Shown: positions 1 to 9,168 of the stretch, one piece after another | Position numbering within the stretch: position 1 is the stretch's first letter | How the letters are laid out: every line of letters begins with the position of its first letter | Source of the DNA: Microbacterium sp. | GTDB lineage: Bacteria > Actinomycetota > Actinomycetes > Actinomycetales > Microbacteriaceae | Length of the DNA stretch: 64,000 nucleotides | Direction: 5' to 3' | NCBI RefSeq assembly: GCF_052102115.1 | Contig: NZ_JBQDVP010000007.1 | Span: 1,605 to 65,604 of the forward strand | The notes under the pieces: generated by a model | Database searches by the model: none | Seen by the model: only the letters and a program-made list of their open reading frames with translations | Told to the model about the DNA's origin: nothing | Position numbers and translations under genes: made by a program

Positions 1-303
1 GCGGCGATCGCGAGCCTCGAAGCCGAGGACGAACTGCTGCAGCGCGTCGCTGTGATCGTCGAGCGCCGCACGAGGCTGGGAGACGGCCTGCGGGCCCAGG
101 GTTGGGCCGTGCCGGACAGCCAATCGAACTTCGTCTGGCTGCCGACGGGCGACCGCACCGACGAGATCGCCCAGGTGTTCCACGCCGCCGACATCGTCGT
201 ACGACCGTTCTCGGGTGACGGCATGCGCATATCCGTCGGAGAGCATGAATCCGTGGATAAGGTCCTACGGGTCGCACAATCCGTTGTGGCACCCCTCCAG
301 TGA
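1..303 (+). CDS. Histidinol-phosphate/aromatic aminotransferase, C-terminal part (runs off window start)
   Basis: Frame 1 is open from base 1. The SQSNFVWL...VRPFSGDGMRISVG C-terminus is typical of HisC/Pat class I/II aminotransferases. Confidence 0.8.
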   Translation, partial: AAIASLEAEDELLQRVAVIVERRTRLGDGLRAQGWAVPDSQSNFVWLPTGDRTDEIAQVFHAADIVVRPFSGDGMRISVGEHESVDKVLRVAQSVVAPLQ

Positions 304-333
304 ATGACGGCTTGAAGCGGATAGCGTAGAACG

Positions 334-1479
334 GTGACCTCGTCAGAGACCGAATTCGTCCGCGTCCTGGAGGCGGACGGCCGTTACGCGCCGAACGCTG
401 CCGCCGAGCAGTATCTGCCGCTGATCGAAGCGATCAGCGATGCGGAGCTCGAACAGTTCTATCGCGACATGGTCGTCATCCGCGCCATCGACAACCAGGC
501 GACCAACCTGCAGCGCCAGGGGCAGCTCGCGCTCTGGCCCCCGAGCCTCGGACAGGAGGCCGCGCAGGTCGGCTCGGCCCGAGCCGCTCGCGCCCAGGAC
601 ACGCTCTTCCCGTCGTATCGCGAGCACGCCGTGACGCACATCCGCGGCGTCGATCCGCTGGGGATCATCAAGCTCATGCGCGGCGTCTCGCACGGTGGCT
701 GGGACCCGATCGACCCGGCCAACGGCAACACCCGCCTCTACACGCTCGTGCTCGGCTCGCAGACGCTGCACGCCACGGGCTACGCCATGGGCCTCACCCT
801 CGACGGACGATCCGGCACTGGCGACCCCGACCACGATGAGGCCGTGATCGTCTACTACGGCGACGGAGCCTCCAGTCAGGGAGATGTGCACGAGGCCATG
901 GTCTTCGCCGCCAGCTACCAGGCCCCCACGGTGTTCTTCCTGCAGAACAACCAGTGGGCGATCTCGGTGCCCGTCTCGACCCAGGCGCGTGCGCCGTTCG
1001 CCCAGCGGAGCAGTGGATACGGCATCCCGAGCGTCCGCGTCGATGGCAACGACGTGCTCGCCAGCTACGCGGTCTCGAAGGTCGCGCTCGACGAGGCGCG
1101 CTCGGGCCAGGGCCCCCGCGCGATCGAGGCGGAGACGTACCGGGTCGGCGCGCACACCACCAGCGACGACCCGACGAAGTACCGCACCAGCGACGAGGAG
1201 CAGTCCTGGGAGCAGCGCGACCCGATCACGCGCATGCGCGCGTTCCTCGAAGGCAGAGGCGCTGCCGGTTCTTTCTTCGACGAGGTGGATGCCGAGGGCG
1301 CAGCCGCCGCCGACGACCTGCGCGTACGCACCCTCGAACTCGGGCCCCCGCCGGCGAGCAAGCTCTTCGACCACGTCTACAGCGACCCGCACCCGCTGAT
1401 GGACGAGCAGCGCGCGTGGCGCGAACAGTACGAGGCATCGTTCGGCCCCGCATCCGGCAGTCAGGGAGGACAGGCATGA
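334..1479 (+). CDS. pdhA: 2-oxoacid (pyruvate/branched-chain) dehydrogenase E1 alpha subunit
   Basis: TPP-binding motif GDGASSQGD...NNQWAIS and the HTTSDDP phosphorylation loop are present. Confidence 0.92.
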   Translation: MTSSETEFVRVLEADGRYAPNAAAEQYLPLIEAISDAELEQFYRDMVVIRAIDNQATNLQRQGQLALWPPSLGQEAAQVGSARAARAQDTLFPSYREHAVTHIRGVDPLGIIKLMRGVSHGGWDPIDPANGNTRLYTLVLGSQTLHATGYAMGLTLDGRSGTGDPDHDEAVIVYYGDGASSQGDVHEAMVFAASYQAPTVFFLQNNQWAISVPVSTQARAPFAQRSSGYGIPSVRVDGNDVLASYAVSKVALDEARSGQGPRAIEAETYRVGAHTTSDDPTKYRTSDEEQSWEQRDPITRMRAFLEGRGAAGSFFDEVDAEGAAAADDLRVRTLELGPPPASKLFDHVYSDPHPLMDEQRAWREQYEASFGPASGSQGGQA

Positions 1480-2456
1480 CGCTCGAGACGATGCCGTTCG
1501 CGAAGGCACTGAACGCCGGGCTGCGAAAGGCCATGGAAAACGACCAGAAGGTCCTGCTCATGGGCGAGGACATCGGCAAGCTCGGAGGCGTGTTCCGCAT
1601 CACCGAGCACCTCGAGCGCGATTTCGGCGACAAGCGCGTGCTGGACACGCCGCTGGCGGAGTCCGGGATCGTCGGGACGGCGATCGGCCTGGCGATGGCG
1701 GGGTTCCGACCGGTCTGCGAGATCCAGTTTGACGGGTTCGTCTTCCCGGCGTTCGATCAGATCACCTCGCAGCTGGCGAAGATCACGAACCGGCACGAGG
1801 GCGCGGTGTCGATGCCGATCGTGATCCGCATCCCGTACGGCGGGCACATCGGGGCGATCGAGCACCACCAGGAGAGCCCGGAGGCGTACTTCGCGCACAC
1901 CCCTGGTCTGCGGGTGGTGTCGCCGTCGACGCCGAACGACGCGTACTGGATGATCCAGGAGGCGATCGGATCTAACGACCCCGTGATCTTCTTGGAGCCC
2001 AAGAGCAAGTACTGGCAGAAGGGCGAGGTCGAGTTCGACCAATCCGCCGCACCGCTGCACGCCTCGCGCGTCGTGCGCACCGGCACCGACATCACGCTCG
2101 TCGGGCACGGTGCGATGGTCACCACGCTGCTGCAGGCCGCCGCGCTCGCCGAGAACGAGGGGACGAGTTGCGAGGTCGTCGACGTGAGGTCGCTGTCGCC
2201 GGTCGAGTACGGGCCGATTCTCGATTCGGTTCGCAAGACCGGTCGGATGGTCTACGCGCAGGAGGCTCCTGCGCACGTCAGTGTCGGCAGCGAGATCGCC
2301 GCGACCGTCATGGAGCGGGCGTTCTACGCGTTGGAGGCCCCGGTCCTTCGGGTGTCGGGCTACGACGCGCCGTTCCCCCCGGCGAAGCTCGAGGGAACGT
2401 TCCTGCCCGATGCCGACCGCATCCTCGACGCTGTCGACCGATCGATGGCCTACTGA
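1476..2456 (+). CDS. pdhB: 2-oxoacid dehydrogenase E1 beta subunit
   Basis: Motifs GEDIGKLGGVFR, DTPLAESGIVG and EIQFDGF; ATGA overlap with the E1 alpha stop. Confidence 0.92.
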   Translation: MTLETMPFAKALNAGLRKAMENDQKVLLMGEDIGKLGGVFRITEHLERDFGDKRVLDTPLAESGIVGTAIGLAMAGFRPVCEIQFDGFVFPAFDQITSQLAKITNRHEGAVSMPIVIRIPYGGHIGAIEHHQESPEAYFAHTPGLRVVSPSTPNDAYWMIQEAIGSNDPVIFLEPKSKYWQKGEVEFDQSAAPLHASRVVRTGTDITLVGHGAMVTTLLQAAALAENEGTSCEVVDVRSLSPVEYGPILDSVRKTGRMVYAQEAPAHVSVGSEIAATVMERAFYALEAPVLRVSGYDAPFPPAKLEGTFLPDADRILDAVDRSMAY

Positions 2457-2465
2457 TTACCGGGT

Positions 2466-2544
2466 GGTCGAGCGAATGAACCCAGCGGGTCGTTGAGCGA
2501 ATGAAGCGAGACGAAACGCATTGAGCGAGCGCAGCGAGTCGAAA
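2466..2544 (+). repeat. Intergenic REP-like repeat unit (GGGTCGTTGAGCGA...GAGACGAAACG...TTGAGCGAGCGCAGCGAGTCGAAA)
   Basis: Same motif family recurs at 3936-4102 and 9291-9570. Confidence 0.8.
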
Positions 2545-2573
2545 TGACTCGCCCGAGCGAAGGGCACCACACA

Positions 2574-3917
2574 ATGAGCACGCAGAACTTCAACCTCCCC
2601 GACGTCGGCGAGGGCCTGACCGAGGCCGAGATCGTCACCTGGAAGGTCGCCCCCGGCGACACCGTGGCGATCAACGACGTGATCTGCGAGATCGAGACGG
2701 CCAAGTCGCTCGTCGAGCTGCCCTCCCCGCACGCGGGCGTCGTCGGCGACCTGCTGGTGAGCGAGGGGACGACCGTCGAGGTCGGATCGCCGATCATCAC
2801 CTTCGAATCGGATGCCGCAGCCCCCGCCGCAGCGACGCCCGCGGCCCCCGCAGCCGAGGAGGCCGGGGGAGCCGTGCTCGTCGGCTACGGAACCGGCGCC
2901 GGTGCGACGTCGCGACGCAGTCGCCCGGCCGTGCGCCCGGTGCGCTCTTCGGTCGGCGTGATCGCGAAGCCGCCGATCCGCAAGCTCGCCCGTGATCTCG
3001 GCGTCGACCTGTCGTCGGTGACCCCGAGCGGCGGCGACGGCGAGGTCACCCGCGACGACGTCATGAAGCACGCCTCGCAGGCGAGCGTTTTCCGCAACAT
3101 CGAGACGCCGGAGTGGGGTGCGGTGCGCGAGGAGATCGTGCCGGCACCGGCAAGCGCACCGGTCGGTCTCGCACGGGGTATCGCACCCACGCCGCGGCAG
3201 ACCGGGGCGGATGCTGAGCGCACGGAGTCGATCCCGGTCAAGGGCGTCCGCAAGGTCAGTGCGTCGGCGATGGTGCAGAGCGCGTACTCGGCCCCGCACG
3301 TCACTGTCTGGAAAGAGGTCGACGCGACGCGCACGATGGAGCTCGTCAAGCGCCTCAAGTCGTCGCCGGACTACGCCGACATCAAGGTCTCCCCACTGCT
3401 CATCGTCGCCCGCGCGGTGATCTGGGCCGTGCGCCGCAACCCGATGGTCAACGCTGCCTGGGTCGAGACCGACGACGGCGCCGAGATCGCCGTGCGCCAC
3501 TACGTCAACCTCGGCATCGCCGCGGCGACCCCGCGCGGGCTGCTCGTTCCGAACATCAAGGACGCGCAGGAACTCAGCATGAAAGACCTCGCCCGCGCCC
3601 TGAACCGCCTCACCCTCACGGCGCGCGACGGCAAGACGCCGCCGGCGGATCAGCAGGGCGGAACGTTCACGATCACCAACATCGGCGTATTCGGGATGGA
3701 TGCCGGAACTCCGATCATCAACCCGGGCGAAGCGGGCATCCTGGCGATGGGCACGATCAGCCAGAAGCCGTGGGTCGTCGATGGCGAGGTGCGCCCGCGA
3801 TACGTCACCACGGTCGCCGGGTCGTTCGACCACCGCGTCATCGACGGCGACGGCATGAGCCGCTTCATCGCCGACGTCGCCTCGATCCTCGAAGAGCCCG
3901 CACTGCTCGTCGACTGA
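2574..3917 (+). CDS. Dihydrolipoamide acyltransferase (E2)
   Basis: Lipoyl domain (ETAKS), E3-binding segment ([14 protein letters not shown]) and catalytic DHRVIDG. Confidence 0.92.
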   Translation: MSTQNFNLPDVGEGLTEAEIVTWKVAPGDTVAINDVICEIETAKSLVELPSPHAGVVGDLLVSEGTTVEVGSPIITFESDAAAPAAATPAAPAAEEAGGAVLVGYGTGAGATSRRSRPAVRPVRSSVGVIAKPPIRKLARDLGVDLSSVTPSGGDGEVTRDDVMKHASQASVFRNIETPEWGAVREEIVPAPASAPVGLARGIAPTPRQTGADAERTESIPVKGVRKVSASAMVQSAYSAPHVTVWKEVDATRTMELVKRLKSSPDYADIKVSPLLIVARAVIWAVRRNPMVNAAWVETDDGAEIAVRHYVNLGIAAATPRGLLVPNIKDAQELSMKDLARALNRLTLTARDGKTPPADQQGGTFTITNIGVFGMDAGTPIINPGEAGILAMGTISQKPWVVDGEVRPRYVTTVAGSFDHRVIDGDGMSRFIADVASILEEPALLVD

Positions 3918-3935
3918 GGTTCGGGTGACGCTGCT

Positions 3936-4102
3936 TTCGACTCGTCGCTTCGCTCCTCGCTCAAGCCGTTTCGGCTCGCTGCGCTCGCTCAACGCCCCGC
4001 GCATCCGCTCGCTTCGCTCGCTCAACGACCGCACCTGACCGGTCGTTGAGCGAAGGGCGAAGCCCGAAGTCGAAACGGGCTGAGCGAGCGCAGCGAGTCG
4101 AA
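3936..4102. repeat. BIME-like cluster of inverted REP-like units
   Basis: Reverse-oriented units (TTTCGACTCG...CGCTCAACGACC) are followed by a forward unit (GGTCGTTGAGCGA...GAGTCGAAGCC). Confidence 0.8.
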
Positions 4103-4127
4103 GCCGAGATCACCCGACCGCTCAGCG

Positions 4128-4142
4128 TGAGAATGGTTATCA
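4128..4142. promoter_or_regulatory. Putative Zur box
   Basis: TGAGAAT-G-GTTATCA is a 7-1-7 imperfect palindrome resembling the actinobacterial Zur consensus TGAAAAT-N-ATTTTCA. It lies just upstream of -10 TATTAT (4151-4156) of the Zn ABC operon. Confidence 0.7.
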
Positions 4143-4162
4143 TTAGCGTGTATTATCGGAGC

Positions 4163-5209
4163 ATGCAGAAACTCCGTGCCGCAGCGCTCCTGACCGCATC
4201 CGCCTTCGTGCTCGCCGGGTGCGCGTCGACAGCCGGCGCAGACAGTGACGGCGGCGATGACGGACTCATCCAGGTCACGGCATCCACGAACATCTACGGC
4301 TCGCTCGCCGAGCAGATCGGTGGCGACCGGGTCGAGGTAACCACGATCATCGATTCGGCCACGCAGGATCCGCACTCCTACGAGGCCACCGCGCGCGACC
4401 GGCTCGCGGTGCAGGACGTCGACCTCGTCATCGAGAACGGCGGCGGCTATGACGCGTTCATCGACACGCTGCTCGACGGCTCTGACGCGCATGTCCTCAC
4501 GGCGGCGGAGTTCTCGCACGACTTCCCCGGCAACGAGGGCCATGAGCATGAAGACGGCGAGGATGCCGAAACCCACGACCACACCGACGACGAAGCCCAC
4601 GCCGAGGAAGGCAGCGCCGACGATGAAGAGCACGACCACGACCACGAAGGCGAAGAGGGCCACGAAGGTCACGACCACATCGAGGGATTCAACGAGCACG
4701 TCTGGTTCGACCCGCACACGATGATCCACGTCGTCGAGGGCATCGCTGACGAGCTCGGAGAGATCGACCCCGACGGCGCCGCCGACTTCACTGCCGCCGC
4801 CGACGAGATCATCGCCGACCTCGAAGAGGCCGAAGCCGAGCTTGAGACCATCAAGACTGAGGCAGACGGCGCCGGTTTCTTCATGACCGAACCGCTGCCC
4901 GGCTACATCGCCGCAGCCGCCGGCCTCACCGATCTCACCCCTGAAGGCTTCGCCGAGGCAGTCGAGGAGGGCACCGATGTTGCCCCGGCCACACTCCTCG
5001 ACGCGCTCGATGTCATCGAGAGCGGGGACGCCGCCGTGCTGCTGACCAACGCGCAGACCGGCGGTGCCGAAACCGAACGTGTCGAAGAGGCGGCAGAGGC
5101 CGCCGGCATCCCTGTCGTAGCGTTCACCGAGCTCCTTGCGGACGGATCGTCGTACTCTGAATGGATGCACGACGCGATTCAGAACCTCGCTGACGCACTC
5201 GGTTCGTGA
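4163..5209 (+). CDS. znuA: Zn/Mn ABC transporter substrate-binding lipoprotein (ZnuA-like)
   Basis: Lipobox LAGC, DPHSYE and NEHVWFDP motifs, and a long His/Glu/Asp-rich loop. Confidence 0.85.
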   Translation: MQKLRAAALLTASAFVLAGCASTAGADSDGGDDGLIQVTASTNIYGSLAEQIGGDRVEVTTIIDSATQDPHSYEATARDRLAVQDVDLVIENGGGYDAFIDTLLDGSDAHVLTAAEFSHDFPGNEGHEHEDGEDAETHDHTDDEAHAEEGSADDEEHDHDHEGEEGHEGHDHIEGFNEHVWFDPHTMIHVVEGIADELGEIDPDGAADFTAAADEIIADLEEAEAELETIKTEADGAGFFMTEPLPGYIAAAAGLTDLTPEGFAEAVEEGTDVAPATLLDALDVIESGDAAVLLTNAQTGGAETERVEEAAEAAGIPVVAFTELLADGSSYSEWMHDAIQNLADALGS

Positions 5210-6030
5210 GTGCGGGCGGCGCCGCGCGCCCTCCCGTCCTCGAAATCGGCGGTGCCGCGCTCCGGCGCGGTGAGCACGAGCTGTGGTCCGGCCTGGACCT
5301 CGACGTCGAGCCCGGCGAGTTCATCGCGGTGCTCGGCCCATCGGGGTCGGGCAAGACCACGCTGCTGCGAGCCATCCTCGGCCTGCAGCCGCTCAGTGCC
5401 GGCAGCATCCGGGTCGCAGGTCAGCCCGTCCGGCGCGGTAATCCGCGGATCGGGTACATCCCGCAGCAGCGCCCCCTGCCGCCCGACACGAGCATGCGCG
5501 CTCGCGACGTCGTCGCCCTCGGCGTGAGCGGCACCCGCTTCGGGCTCCCGATCCCGCGCCGCGGCGACCGCGCCCGCGTGGACGCACTGCTCGAGGGAGT
5601 CGGGGCATCGGACTTCGCCGATCGCCGGGTCGGCATGCTGTCCGGCGGCGAGCAGCAGCGGCTGCGCGTCGGTCAGGCGCTGGCCGATGAGCCGACCCTG
5701 CTGCTGTGCGATGAGCCGTTGTCGAACCTCGACCTCGCCAACCAGCTCGGGGTGACCGAGATCATCGACCGGCAGCGTCGCGAGCGCGACGCCGCGGTGC
5801 TGTTCGTCACGCACGACATCAACCCGATCCTCGGCCGGGTCGACCGCATCCTGTACATCGCTGGCGGCCGATTCGTGCTCGGCACGCCCGACGAGGTGCT
5901 GCAGAGCCGGGTGCTCACCGATCTGTACGGCACGCCGGTGTTCGTGCTGCGCGCCGGCGACCGGCTGGTCGTCGTCGGCGCTCCGGATGCTGTGCCGCAC
6001 CACGATCATGACGACGAGGACATCGCATGA
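5206..6030 (+). CDS. Metal ABC transporter ATP-binding protein
   Basis: Walker A GPSGSGKT, signature LSGGEQQR, Walker B LLLCDEP. Confidence 0.9.
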   Translation: MSAGGAARPPVLEIGGAALRRGEHELWSGLDLDVEPGEFIAVLGPSGSGKTTLLRAILGLQPLSAGSIRVAGQPVRRGNPRIGYIPQQRPLPPDTSMRARDVVALGVSGTRFGLPIPRRGDRARVDALLEGVGASDFADRRVGMLSGGEQQRLRVGQALADEPTLLLCDEPLSNLDLANQLGVTEIIDRQRRERDAAVLFVTHDINPILGRVDRILYIAGGRFVLGTPDEVLQSRVLTDLYGTPVFVLRAGDRLVVVGAPDAVPHHDHDDEDIA

Positions 6031-6917
6031 TCGTCCCCCTGTTCGACTGGAGCGACGTGTTCTCCTTCCAGGACTACGGCGCGCTCGTCGCGCTGCTGTC
6101 GAACTCGATCATCGCCGGGGCCGTGCTCGGCATCGTGGGCGGCCTCGTCGGCGTCTTCGTGATGCAGCGCGATCTGGCCTTCGCCGTGCACGGGGTGAGC
6201 GAGCTCTCCTTCGCCGGAGCGGCCGCCGCCCTGCTGTTCGGCGGAAGTGTCGTCGTCGGCTCCCTCGGCGGAGCGCTGGTCGCGGCGATCCTCATCGGCA
6301 TCCTCGGCTCGAAGGCGCGCGATCGCAACTCGATCGTCGGCGTGCTCATGCCATTCGGCCTGGGCCTGGGCATCCTGTTCCTGTCGCTCTACGACGGGCG
6401 CAGCGCGAACCGCTTCAGCCTGCTCACCGGGCAGATCGTGTCGGTCTCCAGCCCCGATCTCGGCTGGCTGATCGGCATCAGCGTGGTCGTCCTGATCGGA
6501 CTGCTGCTGATGTGGAACCCGCTGCGCTTCGACTCGCTCGACGCCGTCGCGGCATCCGCTCGCGGCATCCCGACCCGGTTCGTGAGCCTGGCGTTCATGG
6601 TGCTGCTCGGCCTTATCGTCGCCGTCAGCGTCCACATCATCGGCGCGCTGCTCATCATGGCACTGCTGGTGACGCCGGCGGCCGCCGCGATGCGGCTGAC
6701 GGCGGGCCCGCTCGCGGTGCCGCTGCTGGCCGCGCTGTTCGGTTTCGTCTCGGCGGTCGGCGGAATCCTGCTCGCGCTCGCCGGCACCCTGCCGGTGAGC
6801 CCGTACATCACAACGATCTCGTTCCTCATCTACGTCGGATGCTGGGTTACGCAGCGCATACGGGGACGGGTGCGGCGGACCGCGGCTCCCAGGCCCGACA
6901 CACCGCTTGCGGCCTAG
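6027..6917 (+). CDS. Metal ABC transporter permease (ZnuB/ABC-3)
   Basis: Hydrophobic multi-TM protein with AFAVHGVSELSFAG and IIGALLIMALLVTPAAAA. Confidence 0.88.
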   Translation: MIVPLFDWSDVFSFQDYGALVALLSNSIIAGAVLGIVGGLVGVFVMQRDLAFAVHGVSELSFAGAAAALLFGGSVVVGSLGGALVAAILIGILGSKARDRNSIVGVLMPFGLGLGILFLSLYDGRSANRFSLLTGQIVSVSSPDLGWLIGISVVVLIGLLLMWNPLRFDSLDAVAASARGIPTRFVSLAFMVLLGLIVAVSVHIIGALLIMALLVTPAAAAMRLTAGPLAVPLLAALFGFVSAVGGILLALAGTLPVSPYITTISFLIYVGCWVTQRIRGRVRRTAAPRPDTPLAA

Positions 6918-6927
6918 AATCTAGGGC

Positions 6928-7338
6928 ATGGCTCAACGGAACACTTGGCAGCGCGAACGTGTGCGCGATGCGCTCGCCGACGCGCGCGGTTTCGTGAGCG
7001 CGCAGACCCTGCACGCCACCCTCCGCGACGAGAAGACCGGTATCGGTCTCGCCACGGTCTACCGCGCCCTGTCGGGGCTGGCGGCATCCGGCGACGCCGA
7101 CTCGCTGCAGAGCCCCGAGGGCGAGGCGCTGTACCGCGCCTGCACCACCGAGGGGCACCACCACCACCTGATCTGCCGCTCCTGCGGGCTGACCGTCGAG
7201 ATCGAGGCGAAGGACGTCGAGGCCTGGGCTCACCGCACCGCCGCCCTGCACGGCTTCAGCGCGGCCGAGCACGTCGTCGACATCTTCGGCCTGTGCACTC
7301 CGTGCACCAACCGACGCGCCGCCGAAGGGGACGCGTGA
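6928..7338 (+). CDS. zur: Fur-family regulator, likely Zur
   Basis: GLATVYRAL helix, HHHHLICRSC and CTPC zinc sites; sits inside the Zn ABC locus. Confidence 0.85.
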   Translation: MAQRNTWQRERVRDALADARGFVSAQTLHATLRDEKTGIGLATVYRALSGLAASGDADSLQSPEGEALYRACTTEGHHHHLICRSCGLTVEIEAKDVEAWAHRTAALHGFSAAEHVVDIFGLCTPCTNRRAAEGDA

Positions 7339-8381
7339 GCACGGCGACTGCGACGCATCGCCCGTCCGCAGGCTCTGGGCACGGCGCGCCGCCGCCGCGC
7401 CGCCGTTCGCCGTGGATCGGCGTCGGGATCGGTGTCGTCGTCATCGCCGTGCTGTTCCTCATCGACCGGTTCGCGCCGGCGCTGTTCACAGACGGACTGC
7501 CCACCCGCGCGCAGGACGGGCTCACGCTCGCGCTGAGCGTGCTCATCGAAGCTCTGCCGTTCGTCGTCCTCGGCGTCGTGCTCTCGATCGTCGTGCAGGT
7601 GTGGCTGCCCCCGGATCTCATCCACCGCTGGTTGCCGAAGGCCGGCTGGGCGCGTCGCGCGGTGCTGTCGCTGCTCGGCATGCTGATCCCCGTCTGCGAG
7701 TGCGGCAACGTCCCCTTCGCCCGCGGCCTGATGATGCGCGGCCTCGCACCCGCCGAGGCGATGACCTTCCTCGTCGCGGCCCCGATCGTGAACCCGATCG
7801 TGATCATCACTACGCACGCCGCCTTCGGCTTCGACGGCGGCATCCTCATCGCCCGCCTCGTCGGCGGATATCTGATCGCCAACCTCATCGGCTGGATCTA
7901 CAGCCGCCACCCTGACCCCGACGCCATGCTCACCCGGCAGTTCACCGCGACGTGCGAGCGGGTCACGCACGAGCACGGCACCCCGGCCCGCCGCAGCCTC
8001 ACGCAGTTCATCATCGAGCTGCGGGCGGTCATGCCGGCGCTGGTGATCGGTTCGGCGCTCGCCGGAGCCGTGCAGGTGCTCGTGCCGCGCGACATGCTCC
8101 TGGCGATCGGTTCGAATCCCGTCCTGTCGATCGTGGCGATGATGGCGCTGGCGATGACGGTCGCGATCTGCTCCAACGTCGACGCGTTCTTCGCGTTGTC
8201 GTTCGCATCGACGTTCTCGTCGGGCGCGCTGATCGCCTTCCTGCTGGTGGGCCCGCTCGTCGACATCAAGATGCTCGCGCTGCTGCGCACCACGTTCACC
8301 GCCCGCACCCTGGTCGGCATCGTCGCCGTGGTGCTGGCGAGCGCTTTCGCGATCGGGATCGGGGTGAACGTCTTTGGCTGA
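7335..8381 (+). CDS. Predicted permease (DUF318/ArsP-like family)
   Basis: PVCECGNVP and AICSNVDAF motifs, multiple TMs; GTGA overlap with the zur stop. Confidence 0.75.
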   Translation: MSTATATHRPSAGSGHGAPPPRRRSPWIGVGIGVVVIAVLFLIDRFAPALFTDGLPTRAQDGLTLALSVLIEALPFVVLGVVLSIVVQVWLPPDLIHRWLPKAGWARRAVLSLLGMLIPVCECGNVPFARGLMMRGLAPAEAMTFLVAAPIVNPIVIITTHAAFGFDGGILIARLVGGYLIANLIGWIYSRHPDPDAMLTRQFTATCERVTHEHGTPARRSLTQFIIELRAVMPALVIGSALAGAVQVLVPRDMLLAIGSNPVLSIVAMMALAMTVAICSNVDAFFALSFASTFSSGALIAFLLVGPLVDIKMLALLRTTFTARTLVGIVAVVLASAFAIGIGVNVFG

Positions 8382-9168
8382 GTCGCACACCACGTCGCTC
8401 TGGTCCGCTGTCGGCACGCGGTGGCTCGGCGTCGGCCTCGCCACGCTGATCGCCGTCGTCACCATCGGCCTGGGCATCACCGGGCAACTCACGCTGTTCA
8501 TCAGCCCCGAGTCGATCTGGTTCGCCTGCGCCGGAGCCGTCGTCGTGCTCGCCGGTGCGATCTGGTCGTTCACGCTGCCGCTGGGCGCGGAATCCGATCA
8601 TGGCCACGATCATGCGCCGGCGGAGGATGCTGAGGACGCCCCTCGACGCACCCTCACCGCGGTCGGCTCGATCTCGGCCGGCGTTGTCGCGACCGGTGTC
8701 GTCGCGGCCGCGCTCGTGCTGCCGCCGGCGTCGCTGTCGGTCGAGCTCGCGATGTCGCGAACGGATGCCGCGGGCTCGGGCACCCTGTTCGCCGGTGCAG
8801 ACACCCCCACGCTCGGGGTCGCCGACACGACGACGTTCGGGATCGGCGAGTGGTCGAGCGTGTTCGCGACCGCATCGCGCCCGGAGGCGTACGACGGGGC
8901 ACCCGTCACCCTGGTCGGGTTCGTGACGCCGGGAGAATCGGATGCTGTCAACCTCACCCGCATGATCATCACCCACTGCGTGATCGATGCGCAGCCCGCT
9001 GCGGTTCCGGTCGCGATGGATGCCGGAGAGTTCGGGGCTGACGTGACCAGCACCGGGCAGTGGATCGAGGTCACCGGTACGGTCACGGCGGATGACGACG
9101 GCTCGCTGCGCGTGCTGCCGACCTCGGTCGTCGCGGTCGACGAGCCCGGGGACCCGTATGAGTACTGA
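8374..9168 (+). CDS. TIGR03943/DUF1980-family membrane protein
   Basis: N-terminal TMs, then V(T)LVGFV...RMIITHCVIDAQP...WIEVTG and DPYEY; the usual partner of DUF318 permeases. Confidence 0.75.
   Translation: MAESHTTSLWSAVGTRWLGVGLATLIAVVTIGLGITGQLTLFISPESIWFACAGAVVVLAGAIWSFTLPLGAESDHGHDHAPAEDAEDAPRRTLTAVGSISAGVVATGVVAAALVLPPASLSVELAMSRTDAAGSGTLFAGADTPTLGVADTTTFGIGEWSSVFATASRPEAYDGAPVTLVGFVTPGESDAVNLTRMIITHCVIDAQPAAVPVAMDAGEFGADVTSTGQWIEVTGTVTADDDGSLRVLPTSVVAVDEPGDPYEY

Noticed and set aside
4540-4690. His/Glu/Asp-rich low-complexity stretch as a separate repeat element
   Set aside because: It is the well-known His-rich loop of ZnuA-type binding proteins.
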